This document shows, in pieces, positions 12,331-24,632 of a stretch of DNA of 64,000 bases. The number at the start of each line of letters is the position of its first letter. Within the stretch, counting starts at the first letter, position 1. A program made the translations under genes and the position numbers. This stretch comes from Octopus sinensis (taxonomy: Eukaryota), in contig NC_043010.1 of the NCBI RefSeq assembly GCF_006345805.1, forward strand, positions 46,810,001-46,874,000. The letters are read 5' to 3'. The notes under the pieces were generated by a model that saw only the letters and a program-made list of their open reading frames with translations, was not told the origin of the DNA and made no database searches.

Positions 12331-13221
12331 ACACACATATATATATAATAAATAAATAATATATATCTGTGTTAACTTGACCTGTTTTCCATTTTCTCCT
12401 CGTTGTTTACATATTTCCTATCATTTGCACCATTGGTGACGTGCTGTACCCATATATATCGTGGCACTCTACCAGTTATGACAACGAGAATTCCAGTTGA
12501 TCTGATCAACAGAACAGTCTGCTCATGAACTTAACGTGTAAGTAGCTGAGCACTCCACAGACACGTGTACCCTTAATGTAGTTCTTGGGGAGATTCAGCA
12601 TGACACAGAGTGTGACAAGGCTGGCCCTTTGAAAATATAGGTACAACAGAAATAGGCAGAAAGACTGAGAGAAAGTTGTGGTGAAAGAGTACAGCAGGGT
12701 TCGTCACCACCTCCTGCCAGAGCCTCGTGGAGCTTTATGTGTTTTCGCTCAACAAACACTCACAACGCCCGGTCTGGGAATTGAAACTGCAATCCTATGA
12801 CCACAAGTCCGCTGCCTTAACCACTGGACCATTGCACCTCCACATATATATATATATACATATTATATATTATTTATTATTTAATTGAATGCAACGCATC
12901 CATTTCCAAGTATATATATATACACACACACACACACACAAACATAATTACATAGAAATGGAAACAATCTAGCGGAGAAAGAAAGATGTTCATCTTATTG
13001 TTGAAAGGAGTAAGTTGGAAGTTATAGGTATCTTGATAGTGAGTTAGAGAAAAGAAGAAAAGAACAGTATGATTTCTTCAAAAGAAAGTTATGCCAAGCT
13101 AGCAGGAACTAGCTTTTGTCGTTTATGCATATAGTAGTAATAAATACCTATGTTAGAAAAAGAAACAAGCCAGTGGAGAAAAAAAGATGTTCGTCTTACT
13201 TTTGAAAGTTTGAAACCCAAG

Positions 13222-14090
13222 TAATGGGTCAAAATGTCAAGCATGCCCCTACCATCTCTGTCAACAACTACAAGCTGGAGGTAGTCTATCAATTCACCTA
13301 TCTCGGCTCTACCATCGTTGATAACCTCTCCATAGACCCTGAGATCAACAGGCAGATCAGACAAGTATCTTCCACATTTGCCAGGCTCACAAAGAGTCTG
13401 GGAAAACAAAAAACTGGCTGCAAACACCAAAATTGTTGTCTATAAGGCATACGTCCTTAGTGCACTACTTTATGGCAGTGAGATGTGGAGCCTATACTAT
13501 AGACAGGAGCAGCATCTCAACGTCTTTCACCTTCGCAATTTAAGACACATCTTGGATATCAAGTGGACCAACCACATCACCAACACAGAAGTCCTCAACC
13601 AAACCAAGATATCCAGCATACATATGTTGCTCCAGCAGTGTTGTTTGCACTGGCTTGATCATGTTCATCGCATGCCAGACAGAGGGATCCCAAAACCCCT
13701 CCTGTATGAGGAATTGGCTATAGGCACAAGATTACAAGGACATCTTCACTTCAAAGATGGCTGTAAGAGAGATATGAAGTCACTTGATCTGGACGTCTGG
13801 AGATGAGAGGATGTTGCAAATGATCTCCCACACTGGAAGCAAATACTGCGAAAGGGAATGAAGAAAGCAGAAGAAAAACAAGTACATGCCCTTAGAGAAA
13901 AGTGTACTCAATGGAAGGAAAAGTCAGCAGCACTGGCAGAGAACTCCTTCAAATGCAGTCGCTGTATGTGTGACTGACACTCCTGTGTGGGCCTGTACAG
14001 CCACAACAGAGGCTGCACCACCATCAGCAGCTGCCTGCCATGGTTTCTTTGGGCGCAGATCCATGGCCTCTTGAGACCAACAGATGCCTG
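13222..14090 (+). mobile_element. 5'-truncated RTE-clade LINE (RT C-terminus + 3' end), frameshifted
   Basis: LEVVYQFTYLGSTI...EINRQI...STFARL and VYKAYVLSALLYGSEMW...FHLRNLRHILDIKW...W..HVHRMPD..IPK.LLY.EL are typical RTE ORF C-terminal motifs. Confidence 0.9.
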
Positions 14091-15339
14091 CTACTAATTA
14101 CATAATCTTTTCTACTGTAGGCACAAGGCCTGAAATTTGGGGGCAGGGAGTAAGTTGATTACATTGACCCCAGTGCTCAACTAGTATTTATTTTATCAAC
14201 CCTGAAAGGATGAAAGGCAAAGTTGACCCCAGTGGCATTTGAACTCAGAATGTAAAGAGGAACAAAATGCTGTTAAGCATTTCACCCAGCAAGCTAACGA
14301 TACTTCTAGTTCACCGCCTTTATATATATATATAATTACATAATGCATACATATGTGTGAGTGTGTTTGTGGTTGAGAGAGAGACAAAGAAAAAAGAAAC
14401 ACATATTCTGCTGTCTTTTTTTATCCTTTTCCATGGGAGAGAAGGGGGTTTAAAAATTTCTCTCTTGAATTTTTGAGTAACACAGGCAGTTTTCATTTTA
14501 AGGTCATCATCGAATGGAATGTCTCTCAATAGTTGAAGTGAAATTGTGTGACAGAGATTTACCCTGACAAATCATTTTTTTCATTGAAATGTCATGTAAC
14601 AATGAAATTTTTCTTTTAAACTTGAAGTGATTCTGCTAAAAAAATATCTGTAACAGAAATTGTTCAGCAACTTCTGGCTTTTCACACTCAGTGACATAGT
14701 GGTGGACTAGTATCGTAGCTAGATCTGTAAACCATAAGCAACAAGCTTGAAAAAAAAACTATAAGGCGGTATCAGAGATCAGTATCAAGTAGTGAGAAGA
14801 GAAGCTAGGCATCAAGTATACATAAGTATAAACTAATATAAATTTCTCAGCTGTTTGTTATTCTGATGAGAGATCTATTTCGCCTATATCTGACCTAATC
14901 TAGCACAGCCCAGATGCATTTCTAAGTTGGACATTACAATACCATCTCACAGCTTATTTCTTCACATAAGCATTGTTGGTTGATTAACATGAACAATGAG
15001 GCCCACAGAATCCTATAGCCTCACATGGCTGCATGACACCAGCAATGCCCATAACTACAATTTCACAGGTGTCATTTACATCAGTGCTACTCAAAGTGGT
15101 GGTCCACAGACCAGTGCCAGTATGCAGCCAGTTTCCAGAAAAGAAAGAAACATTATAAAATGCTTATGTAATATTGTATTATTTGTTTGCAAAATAAATA
15201 TAAGATAAAGAAATTGTCAACTTTTATTATATTTATTATATATATTGTTTCCAGTATAAATTAATATTACTAAGAAATATTACCGGTCCTTAGTACATTG
15301 GAAGAAAAAAAACTGCTGGTGTGCCACATCAGCTAGTAT

Positions 15340-16100
15340 GAGAAGCATTGATTAACATGCCACTGGCACCAGCCATGACTACGGTTTCACTGGCTTGATG
15401 AGTTTTCTCAAGTACAGCGTATCACCAACGGTCTCCGTCACTTGTCATCACCTCCATGGGGCCCAACATGCTTCACCACTTTGTACCATGTCTTGCTGAG
15501 TCTACCCCTTCCACAGGTTCCCTCCATAGTTAGAGATCTGCACTTCTTTACACAGCTATCCTCATCCATATGCATCACATGACCAACCAGCACATTTGTC
15601 TCCCTTGCACACCACATCTGATGCCTCTTGAGCCTAGCTTTTCTCTCAAGACACGCTGTCACACATGCACATCTTGTGAAACACACTAGCTTCATTTCTT
15701 TCAAGCCTTTGCATGACCTCTGCACTCAAAGCCCGTGTTTTACAAACAGTCTGCCTTTCATTCTGAGGGAGAAGCTCTTTGAACTTTTCCCAGTCTATTC
15801 TTATTCTAGCAGCTACGCTCTCAGAGTATCCACCTCCACTGCTGATTTGGTCACCTAGATAATGGAAACTATCATCTACTTCTAGGTATCCCCACTGGCA
15901 TTTGATGGAGTCTATTTTCTTTCTCATATCACTTCCATACCTCTTTCTCATCAGTGTCAGTAAAAGAAAGTGTGTCAAGATTATTCCATAGACACTTCTC
16001 TCCAACTTAGTCTCAATTATCTCTCATACTCTGTCTTGCAATCCAGAATCTCTCACCTCTATGTTGCAGAACATATGTAAGCCCTTCACTTTCTGCTTCT
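15340..16100 (-). mobile_element. Same RTE-like LINE family, degenerate 3' fragment
   Basis: ORFs 15646-16005 (EVDDSFHYLGDQISSGGG.SESVAARIRI.WEKFKELLP) and 15438-15725 (MDEDSCVKKC...GRGRLSKTW). Confidence 0.85.
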
Positions 16101-16574
16101 GCCCTTGTTATGTATACTTGATGCTAGCTTCTCTTCTAACTACTTGATACTGATCTCTGATGCTTCCCTTCTTATTGCTTTATTTTTTTTTTCAAGCTTA
16201 TTGCTTATGTTTTACAGATCTAACTACAATACTAGTCCACTACTATGTCACTTTCTGTCAAGTAGGAACCTTGCAACAATCATAGATCTGGTCCATAGCA
16301 CCTCAACAATTTAGTCTGTACAATGTTCACATATACAAACATGCAAACAAATGCAAATGCACACATACATAAGAAAAACATCCAGATTTCCACATGCAAT
16401 GACATATATGCATGAAACCACATATAATAATGTACGGTTACATATATACATATATATAAATACAAACATGACTACCTCGTCAATGAAAGAGCCTCGTTTC
16501 TGAAGTAAAGACTGGCTTTTTCTTTATATAAGAGAAATTTGAAAAACAAGACTGAAAGACCATACATCACTCAT

Positions 16575-16610
<36 letters not shown>

Positions 16611-17199
16611 TTGTATGGATATCAAGAGTTGGCAGTGAAACTATGGTTTCTGTTCATATTATCTTTCGAGATATATTCTAAGCTGTAACACCTGCAATAA
16701 GATATTTTTGTTGTTCCTACAAGAAGATCGTGAATTGGTAAACAAAGAGTAAATGTCAGGGAAATAGCAGATGAAGTTTCTTGTTGGTATTTTCTGGGTG
16801 GTGGTGGTGGTGGTGGCAGCAGTGGTGGTGATGGTGTTGTGGTTAGTAGCTAACTAGATTTGCTCTTGATAGATTGAAAAAGTTCATAAATGTGTGCATG
16901 CGTGTGTATACTCACGTACAAACACTTCAATATACACATTGTATATATCAAAAACATACACACACAAACACACACATGTACATATATATATATATATGAA
17001 CTTCATATATGTACATATACAGACAACTTGGGATTGAGAGGTATCTTTAGTTTTGTCAAGGATATCACAACCTTTCTAGTGATAGTGCTTTGATAAAATG
17101 CACCCAGTACACTCTGCAAGGCATTTGGTGATAGTAAGGGCATCTGATTATAGAAACCAAATCAGACATGAAAAGTGAAAGTGAGACATGGTCCTCTAA

Positions 17200-17410
17200 T
17201 CCATCTAGGAGAGGAGGGAGAGGTGGAAGAAGAGGAGCAGTGGGAGGGAGGGGTGGAAGAGGTGTGGAGAAGGAAGAGGGGGAACAGGGGAAGCAGGAGA
17301 ATGTAGGATGAGGAAGAGAAAGGAGGGTATGGGAGGAGTAGGAGGAAAAGGAAGTGGAGGGAAGAGAGGAGGAGGAGGGAGAAAGAAAAGGAGGAGAAGG
17401 AAGATATACA
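17200..17410. repeat. Polypurine (GA/GGA-rich) low-complexity tract
   Basis: About 200 bp almost entirely A/G on the plus strand. Confidence 0.9.
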
Positions 17411-17429
17411 CATACAATCACACAAACAT

Positions 17430-18290
17430 ACTGCTTCATTAACCGTTTGAATAATTTGTTTTGTACTTTGAGTATTTTCAAAACCCATCTCACTAGAAAT
17501 CTGAACATTTCAAAATGAATTTAAAGCACAATGTAGGTCATTTGTGACAGATTCAAACACATCATCTTCAGTTAGCATTCTTTGTTGTCTTGTGTTGAGA
17601 AAATCTTCCATAAGCACATTTTGAAAATTTCGAAACAAGTTAGTGGTTCAGAAAGAGTGCAAAACTGTAGAATATAAGCAAATAAAGTTCTGAGTTGGCT
17701 CCCTGTATGACTAAGAGAGGCTTCAACCAAGCAATTGTGCCATTCTTGATCGTCTACCAAGGGATTTAAAGCCTGACACGCCTCTTTTTTTATTCTTTTA
17801 TTTGTTTCAGTCATTTGACTGTGGCCATGCTGAAGCACCGCCTTTAGTTGAGCAAATTGACCCCAGGACTTATTCTTTGTAAGCCTAGTACTTATTCCAT
17901 CAGTCTCTTTTGCTGAACCGCTAAGTTACAGAGATGTAAACACACCACCATCAAGCGATGTTGGGGGGACAAACACAAACACACATATATATATACATAT
18001 ATACGACGGGCTTCTTTCAGTTTCCGTTCACCAAATCCACTCACAAGACTTTGGTAGGCCGGAGGCTATAGTAGAAGACACTTGCCCAAGGTGCCACGCA
18101 ATGGGAATGAACCCAGAACCATGTGGTTGGTAATCAAACTATGTACTACACAGCCACTCCTGCGCCTGTTTGAAAGTTTCACAAATATTACTATTTATGG
18201 TGAGAAGGTCATTGAAACTTGTTGCTCCAACTCTGTTGTGCAATAAAAGCCACAAATAGAAAGTTCTCCTCAAGATGGATTGACACTGTA
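17430..18290 (-). mobile_element. Helitron Rep/Helicase coding fossil, interrupted by a SINE
   Basis: RRTFYLWLLLHNRVGATSFNDLLTINSNICETFKQA | CQALNPLVDDQEWHNCLVEASLSHTGSQLRTLFAYILQFC. Matches the Helitron FYLRLLL..V.G.TSF.DL.TV...CETF..AC..LGLL.DD.EW...L.EA segment. Confidence 0.85.
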
Positions 18291-19204
18291 TATTCGCCCG
18301 ATGGTTACCCATGCCAGCACAGAAAACGGACATTAAATGTTGATTATGATGATTATATATAACCAGAGAGGTCAGCAGAATGTATTTCAATAGCAAACAC
18401 AAAGAAAGACATACTAAATACCGTACAAGATAAATTCTTCAGTTATTTAAATTATCTTAACCTTGAGAAGATAAACAAATATCTCATGGCAATCCACTGA
18501 GGATCTCTTCGATTTGACTCAGATTTTTAAATTAATTTTTTAACTAAACAGTTTGAAACTTCGTATACTTGTATAATTTCTCACGCTGAACACGGTTTAC
18601 TTTCAACATTTTTAACAAATGAGAAGGAGAGATTAATTCAATCAACAATTTTCCAAAATTAACATGCCATTATGGAAAAGACGATCTATTTCTTCAAGAG
18701 GCAAAGGGATAGCGGTGAATTCTTGGCTATGTCAAGGCAATACTGTACTGATGATGCCAATTAAAAGATAAGCTAGGGGATTATACAGCTGAAATTAAAT
18801 AGATAAAAACCATTACAGCAAATTAGAAGCTAATGTTTGAAGGAATGCATCCAGAAATAGTATACATTCTTCTATCATAGATCTCTTATTGATTAGACTG
18901 AAACGTATTACTTCTACTCAGGTGTTGATGAGGTAATAATTAAGTTATTTATGTTCACAAAATATCTTATAATTATAGTTGCATTCATGGTTGTCTCTGG
19001 CCGATAGGCTGTGCGCACCATTGGACGTTTCTACTGAAGCACAAACCTAACTAAAAATAAAAACATAAAATAGAGCAAAATCTCTTTGCACAAAAAAAAA
19101 CCCCCAAGATGAACAATGTAGAAGTTAGCTATTGTTTCTGAGGTAAACAGGTACAAAAAATAGGATGTCTATAACAGGAGAAACTGTCTGTCAATGACTA
19201 TCAG

Positions 19205-19616
19205 GGATCTTTTCGGTTTGAACAGCAGTTTTTTCTAGCAGTGTCATATGAAATTGTCACCCATAATTATGACCCTAGTATCGATCTATTGCATATCAAT
19301 CTGGGTTAGGGTTAGGAGTGGGGGGAAGGGTATCTTTTTTCTTCACAAATGTAAATCAACCCAATCTGTTTCTTAAACGAGGGACATACTCATACGGCAC
19401 AGAATGTTTTTTACCTCAATGGACATCATTGATTGGTTGAAATTGCAGAAATTGAAGAAGAAAAAAACAACAAATATCTTACAAACTATAGAATTTTCTC
19501 AATAAAGCCAAGAGAAATAGATGTTTTATAAACACATTCTACCAGTATACGAAGTTTAAAATTTTTTAGTTACCTAGAAATTATGTTAAAAACTGCCGTT
19601 CAAACCGAAAAGATCC
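19205..19616. mobile_element. MITE with 29-bp TIRs and 8-bp TSD; internal TTAGGG-like motif
   Basis: TIR GGATCTTTTCGGTTTGAAC(A/G)GCAGTTTTT (1 mismatch). Flanks ACTATCAG/ACTATGAG. Confidence 0.85.
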
Positions 19617-19849
19617 ACTATGAGAAGCAAACAACAAGAACTACTGATTCCCTATGAAAGTTGGGTTGAGCAAGGAATAATCACTATACATTTGTGTGAA
19701 CCTTTCTTATCATGGAAGCCATCATAGGAAAGGTTCTTGTGTCAGCTACTTTGGAGGTTATATCACTTACTACAAAGATGGACATTATTTGATCCTTTCA
19801 CCCGCACGATTTTCACCAAAAAGTTACCTATATTTCATTCTCTTGAAAA

Positions 19850-20162
19850 ATATCAGTCGATAAAAGTCAAGGGGCACATCACCAAATATAGTTCTAAACT
19901 GAAGGTCTTGTTATATGCCTACAAAGTCAGAAAACAGCACAGCTCCCATGACTTTCGGAAACATTTTTTCACGCTCAGGGTTGCTGAAGCGTGGAATAAA
20001 CTGCCTGCATCAGTTGTTGACCGCCATGACACTGCATCCTTTAAGGCCCTCATGCTTCCCGAAATCCGTCGAAACTACACCTGATTATATATACACTTTA
20101 GATGAGTTGTAGTGCACCTGAGCACTGTACACAATTATTATTATTATTATTATTATTATTTA
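19850..20162 (+). mobile_element. CR1/L2-type LINE 3' end with (ATT)n tail
   Basis: YKVRKQHSSHDFRKHFFTLRVAEAWNKLPASVV...ASFK, followed by an (ATT)n microsatellite tail. Confidence 0.85.
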
Positions 20163-21420
20163 ATCCCTGCAGTACGTCATGATCGAAAATCACGCCCCAA
20201 CAACAAAGTTGGAAACCACTAGTTTCCAAGCGGAGTGTCGCAATATCCTACAATATCGTACACTATCTTTAGGAGTGTCCCGAAATTTTAAATTTAAATA
20301 GCATAATTTACATAAATAATGTCAAAGTCAGTATTCTAAAACAGAAGGATACTGACAGAATGAGGAAAAAGCACTGAAGGTATAACCCGTCGTGGGTTAT
20401 ACGGCCATTTGGCTTCTCGAAATAGCAGCCATATTACATAACATACAAAACTGTCTTTAAAAGAGAAGGACACGTTGGATACTGTTTCCTAGATGTACAG
20501 TGTCTGAAAATAAGATAGGCTGGTTGTAGCGGGAGCACCTTCGATCAGAGAGCTGCTCTTTCAAAGGTGATCTGAACGAAAGGACACGTACATTTTAGGT
20601 AGCGCATATTTAAACACACACGCACAAATACATGTACCTGTACGTGTTGTGTGTTTGTGTTTTCTATTCGAAAAAATGTTTTTTTTCCGAATATATATAT
20701 ATGAATAAACAAGCATTTTATATATTGGGTAAAATGTGTAAATAACAATGACTGTGCGTTGAATTACCGTCACAGATCCTTACGAAATTTGCATTTGAAT
20801 TGTGGGTATTGCTAACGTTACTATGGCAACGTGCGTGGCAATGGTGATTTATGGAGAACTTTTCGTTGCATGAATATGTTATATTGTAGAAATGAACAAC
20901 CGTAAACTTTCGGCAAGTATTACAAATCGAACTAATGTAAATGATATTTCTTTCAGAAAATTCGAGTATTTATATTTTTACATATTTTGTTATTTTTCAT
21001 AAAGTCCGTTCGTTTCCTGGCAATAAAATAAGTGAAGAAATAAAAATGAATCAAACAAGAAAGTTTTAAATGTTTGTGTTACGTTAGTGCACTATTACCT
21101 CTGTCCGATCCATGTCTTGTCGGTGAAATAGGGGTAGACAGAAACAATAGAAGACCGTCTGATGTGCTGTAGTTGTAATCGATGCCTAGCTTTGTCACAC
21201 TGAATTTGTAGATGGCGTTGAGTGTTCGAATGCGTCTGTGGTAAAATCAGCCACTTACACCTGTTTTTCTTTCTTTTCTTTTTTTTTCTAATTCAGTGAG
21301 TGGGTATTCTATTGATTGGTATACTCGTTATCGAAACCCAATACGAGCTCCATTATTTGTTCAAGACACCTGCTTCGTCGTTAAATGTGGCAGATTTATT
21401 TATCTCTTTGTTCGATTTAT
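20160..21420. promoter_or_regulatory. CpG-enriched putative (bidirectional) promoter for ENO4 / ANKRD53
   Basis: Visibly many more CpG dinucleotides than the CpG-poor flanks. Positioned 5' of both genes and contains the X-box. TSSs not determinable. Confidence 0.55.
20817..20830. promoter_or_regulatory. RFX X-box GTTACTATGGCAAC
   Basis: Two substitutions from the palindromic consensus GTTGCCATGGCAAC. An extra RFX-like half-site (GTATTGCTAAC) abuts it. It lies in the CpG-rich region between the divergent genes. Confidence 0.7.
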
Positions 21421-21433
21421 CTACTTCCTAGAC

Positions 21434-21538
21434 CAGTGGTTCCCAACTTTTTCCCTACCAAGGCCCCCTTTTATTTAAATGTGTTTAACCCACGGAAGCC
21501 CAGTACTAACTTTACGGACCACGAGTTGGGAACCACTG
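21434..21538. mobile_element. hAT/Charlie-type MITE (105 bp)
   Basis: Perfect 15-bp TIR CAGTGGTTCCCAACT/AGTTGGGAACCACTG and perfect 8-bp TSD TCCTAGAC (21426-33, 21539-46). Confidence 0.92.
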
Positions 21539-23039
21539 TCCTAGACAACAATTAATAAAAAGAAAATCATTAAATCAATCTTAGGTAGGAAGTTTAACCC
21601 AAAGTCAGCGCTGATCAGAGGCATTCTGGCCGCGACCATTTCTCTTGTATATATCAAAGTCTAAATTGGACATACCTACACAAGTGTTTCCCCCCATTTG
21701 ACTTTATTTCCTCATAACTTTCAGAAAAGTTGATATTTTATTTTTTAATGAAATTTCTTTCAGATGCTATAAATTGCGATTATATTGAAATTAAATGGGG
21801 GGGGGGGTTAGTTAACGCGAACACTTACTAACACACACATGTATGTGTGCAAGCCTACCATTTGGGTTTTTCTTTGTTGTTGTGTGTTATTGTTTTCGCA
21901 TTAAATTCCGACATATTCATAATCGAATCTGCACCATCTGTAGAAAATTTGTGAAAATTCTCATTAAAAAATACACATTTTTCTGAAAGCTATGAGGAAT
22001 CGAAGTCAGTGAGGCACACTTTTGTAGGTATGCCCTACATTGTACAATATGTCTTTTTTCCTTTTTAAGATAATAGGGTGTGATTTAAGATACAATTGGC
22101 TGCTATTCTAACTGGTCAAGCAACCATGTACAGCACCTTCGTTCAGAATTATAAGATTTTATGTAACAATGCGTATGAAGCTTCAGATTTCCGGAAGATG
22201 CAAAATAGGAAGCTATGGCTTTCTGCTGTATGTACCAAAAGCAAAATAAGTTATTGTCTATCTGCTAGTGTAATGAGATGTAGTGTCAAAAGAACAATGA
22301 ACCAATAATTAGGCTTCCCATAATTTCTTAGACTCAAACCTTCAATTGGTGTTAAACCAAAACAACCTTCAAACTGTAGGTTTCATAGATATAGATGTTT
22401 ATAAGGAGACTTTTGTGACTTAATTTTGTGTGTGTGTCTGTGTGTGTGTGTGTGAATTTTAAAAAAAACAGGAAGTGAGGTAGAAAAACTATAAACTTTC
22501 ATTAATTAAAAAATATTTTCTGAATCCTAGGAAAAAAAAGTCATTTTTAATCCCTAAATCCAGGGATAAGCAAAATGCCTTTAAACTACAATATGTGCCT
22601 TCTCGTAATTTGAGTGCGTTTATGACATAGGAACATCATGTCCCCACTGGATCTCTAGAAAAAACATGCAGTGCTAGGCTAAGACAGAGCTAAAATATGA
22701 GTATGTTCGTTGGTATGGATCTGAGTTGAGCACTGCAGGGTTAGAACACCTTGGTTTCAGCAGTTTTAGATTTTCTTAGAATTTAAGTATTTGATCCATA
22801 CCAGCATATTCTGGGACATATAAGTGTCAAACTGGACAAATTTTCTCATCAAGACACTATGAAAGATTTTTCAAATGAAGACTATCTCAACCAAATCAGA
22901 ACATGTGGTAAGCCCACTGATACAACTTGAATATATATGATTTCAGTGCTTTGAATGTCTTATTTGAATTTTCACATAATCCCCATTTTTTTAAATGTTA
23001 TGTTGATATGTATTTTTTTCTTCTTTTTTATTTCAAAAG

Positions 23040-23107
23040 GTTCATCTGCATTTGGCAGTAGCCATGAAACCATTCACCTGCTCACTTATGTTGACTGACA
23101 TCTGAAG
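23040..23107 (+). other. Probable non-coding 5' UTR exon of ANKRD53-like gene (contains uORF MKPFTCSLMLTDI*)
   Basis: Long polypyrimidine tract ending tttcaaaag|G and donor GAAG|gtaaat. Lies between the CpG-rich promoter and the first coding exon. Confidence 0.5.
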
Positions 23108-23308
23108 GTAAATGTGAACACATTCTCTATTACACAATAAATTTTAATCAAAGACGGTTGCCATCTTCCTGCAAGAAGTAGAACCATTGGAACTGGTAAG
23201 GGGGATGTTATGAATTAAATCTTTCCTGAGAAAGGCATTTGGTTTTTATGTTAATTCATCTGGATATAATGCTCTCTGCTAGAAGACACTAGTGATGTAG
23301 GGTAATGT

Positions 23309-23346
<38 letters not shown>

Positions 23347-24137
23347 AAATATAGTATAATGTGTGTCTGTGTATATGGTTCTTCAGTTTGTTTTAGTGTC
23401 CATGGCTAAGGTTATTCTGGAATACTATCTTTAGCTATGAGGAGTGTTCATTAAACATTTCCCCTAACCAACTTCCCAAGAACTGGGATAAATGAAACTT
23501 GGCATAATTATTAGTCCTTCTCTACATACCCACCACCGATGGATTAAAATTTGTCTCTTAGTTGCAGTCAGAAAAAAAAACATTTCTTACAGCTGCTGTT
23601 AGAAACCTTCAAAAAAAGGGGAGGTAATTTCAAGAAATTAAGAAGTAATTTCGCAGAAAATTATCAGCAGGCAAGATGGCAGCTACAAACATGATTAAAT
23701 ACATAAACTTCACATGACTATATTTCACTGATGAGGGTGAATAAGGCCAAAACAATTTTAAGTTGTCCTCAAGAAATTTTTGTGCACATCACTGTTGCCC
23801 CACTTAAGTTGTTTCCCCTTAGTTCACTTCATAGCCCAAACCTTCTTAATTTTTTTTCCTACTTGTAAAATTCTGTCCTGTTGATTATAAGTTATTGAGT
23901 TATTTCTCTTGGCTGATTTGTGTGTATATGGGGAAGTTTCTGGGTGGGGGTGCATTTTTGTATTTCCTTAACAACCAGTGTTGGTTAATTCATGTTCTGT
24001 AACTTAGCAGTTTGGCAACAAGTGATCAATAGAACGAGTACCAAGTTTAACGTAAATTATGGGGCTGATTTGATCAACTGAACTTTTCAAGGTGATGCTT
24101 CAATATATCCACAATCTAATAATTAAAATAAGTAAAA

Positions 24138-24530
24138 GGCACAGGAGTGGCTGTGTGGTAAGTAGCTTGCTAACCAACCACATGGTTCCAGGTTCAGTCC
24201 CACTGCGTGGCATCTTGGGCAAGTGTCTTCTGCTATAGCCCCGGGCCGACCAATGCCTTGTGAGTGGATTTGGTAGACGGAAACTGAAAGAAGCCTGTCG
24301 TATATATGTATATATATATATATGTGTGTGTGTGTGTTTGTGTGTCTGTGTTTGTCCCCCTAGCATTGCTTGACAACCGATGCTGGTGTGTTTATGTCCC
24401 CGTCACTTAGCGGTTCAGCAAAAGAGACCGATAGAATAAGAATATTTCCTGAGGTCGATTTGCTCGACTAAAGGCGGTGTTCCAGCATGGCCGCAGTCAA
24501 ATGACTGAAACAAGTAAAAGAGAGAGTAAA
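24138..24530 (+). mobile_element. tRNA-derived SINE family A (representative, near full length, central (AT)/(GT) microsatellite)
   Basis: Head GGC(A/G)CAGGAGTGGCTGTGTGGTAAG...GGTTCAGTCCC, tail ...ATGACTGAAACAAGTAAAAGAG. Other copies at about 420-620(-), 1268-1640(-), 5415-5766(-), 5874-6245(+), 7012-7420(-), 17784-18162(-), 34380-34745(+), 35160-35345(-), 39430-39740(-), 47610-48020(+), 48600-49170(+), 57945-58320(+). Confidence 0.9.
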
Positions 24531-24632
24531 ACAATTATTGAATAAAAAACTATATTATCGTTGATTAGATATTTTCTTTTAATTTTCATTTTAGATAATC
24601 ATGGACTACTCTATATAGAACATGACAGCAAA

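Noticed and set aside
17065-17508. Pro/Ser-rich 147-aa ORF
   Set aside because: Antisense reading of a polypurine tract plus the tail of the Helitron fossil.
20545-20800. ENO4 initiator exon near the X-box (ATG CAA ATT TC|gtaag, or ORF ending CAG|gtacat)
   Set aside because: The first is phase 2 and incompatible with the phase 0 exon at 10536; the second runs through an (AT)n tract and looks non-coding. Left unresolved.
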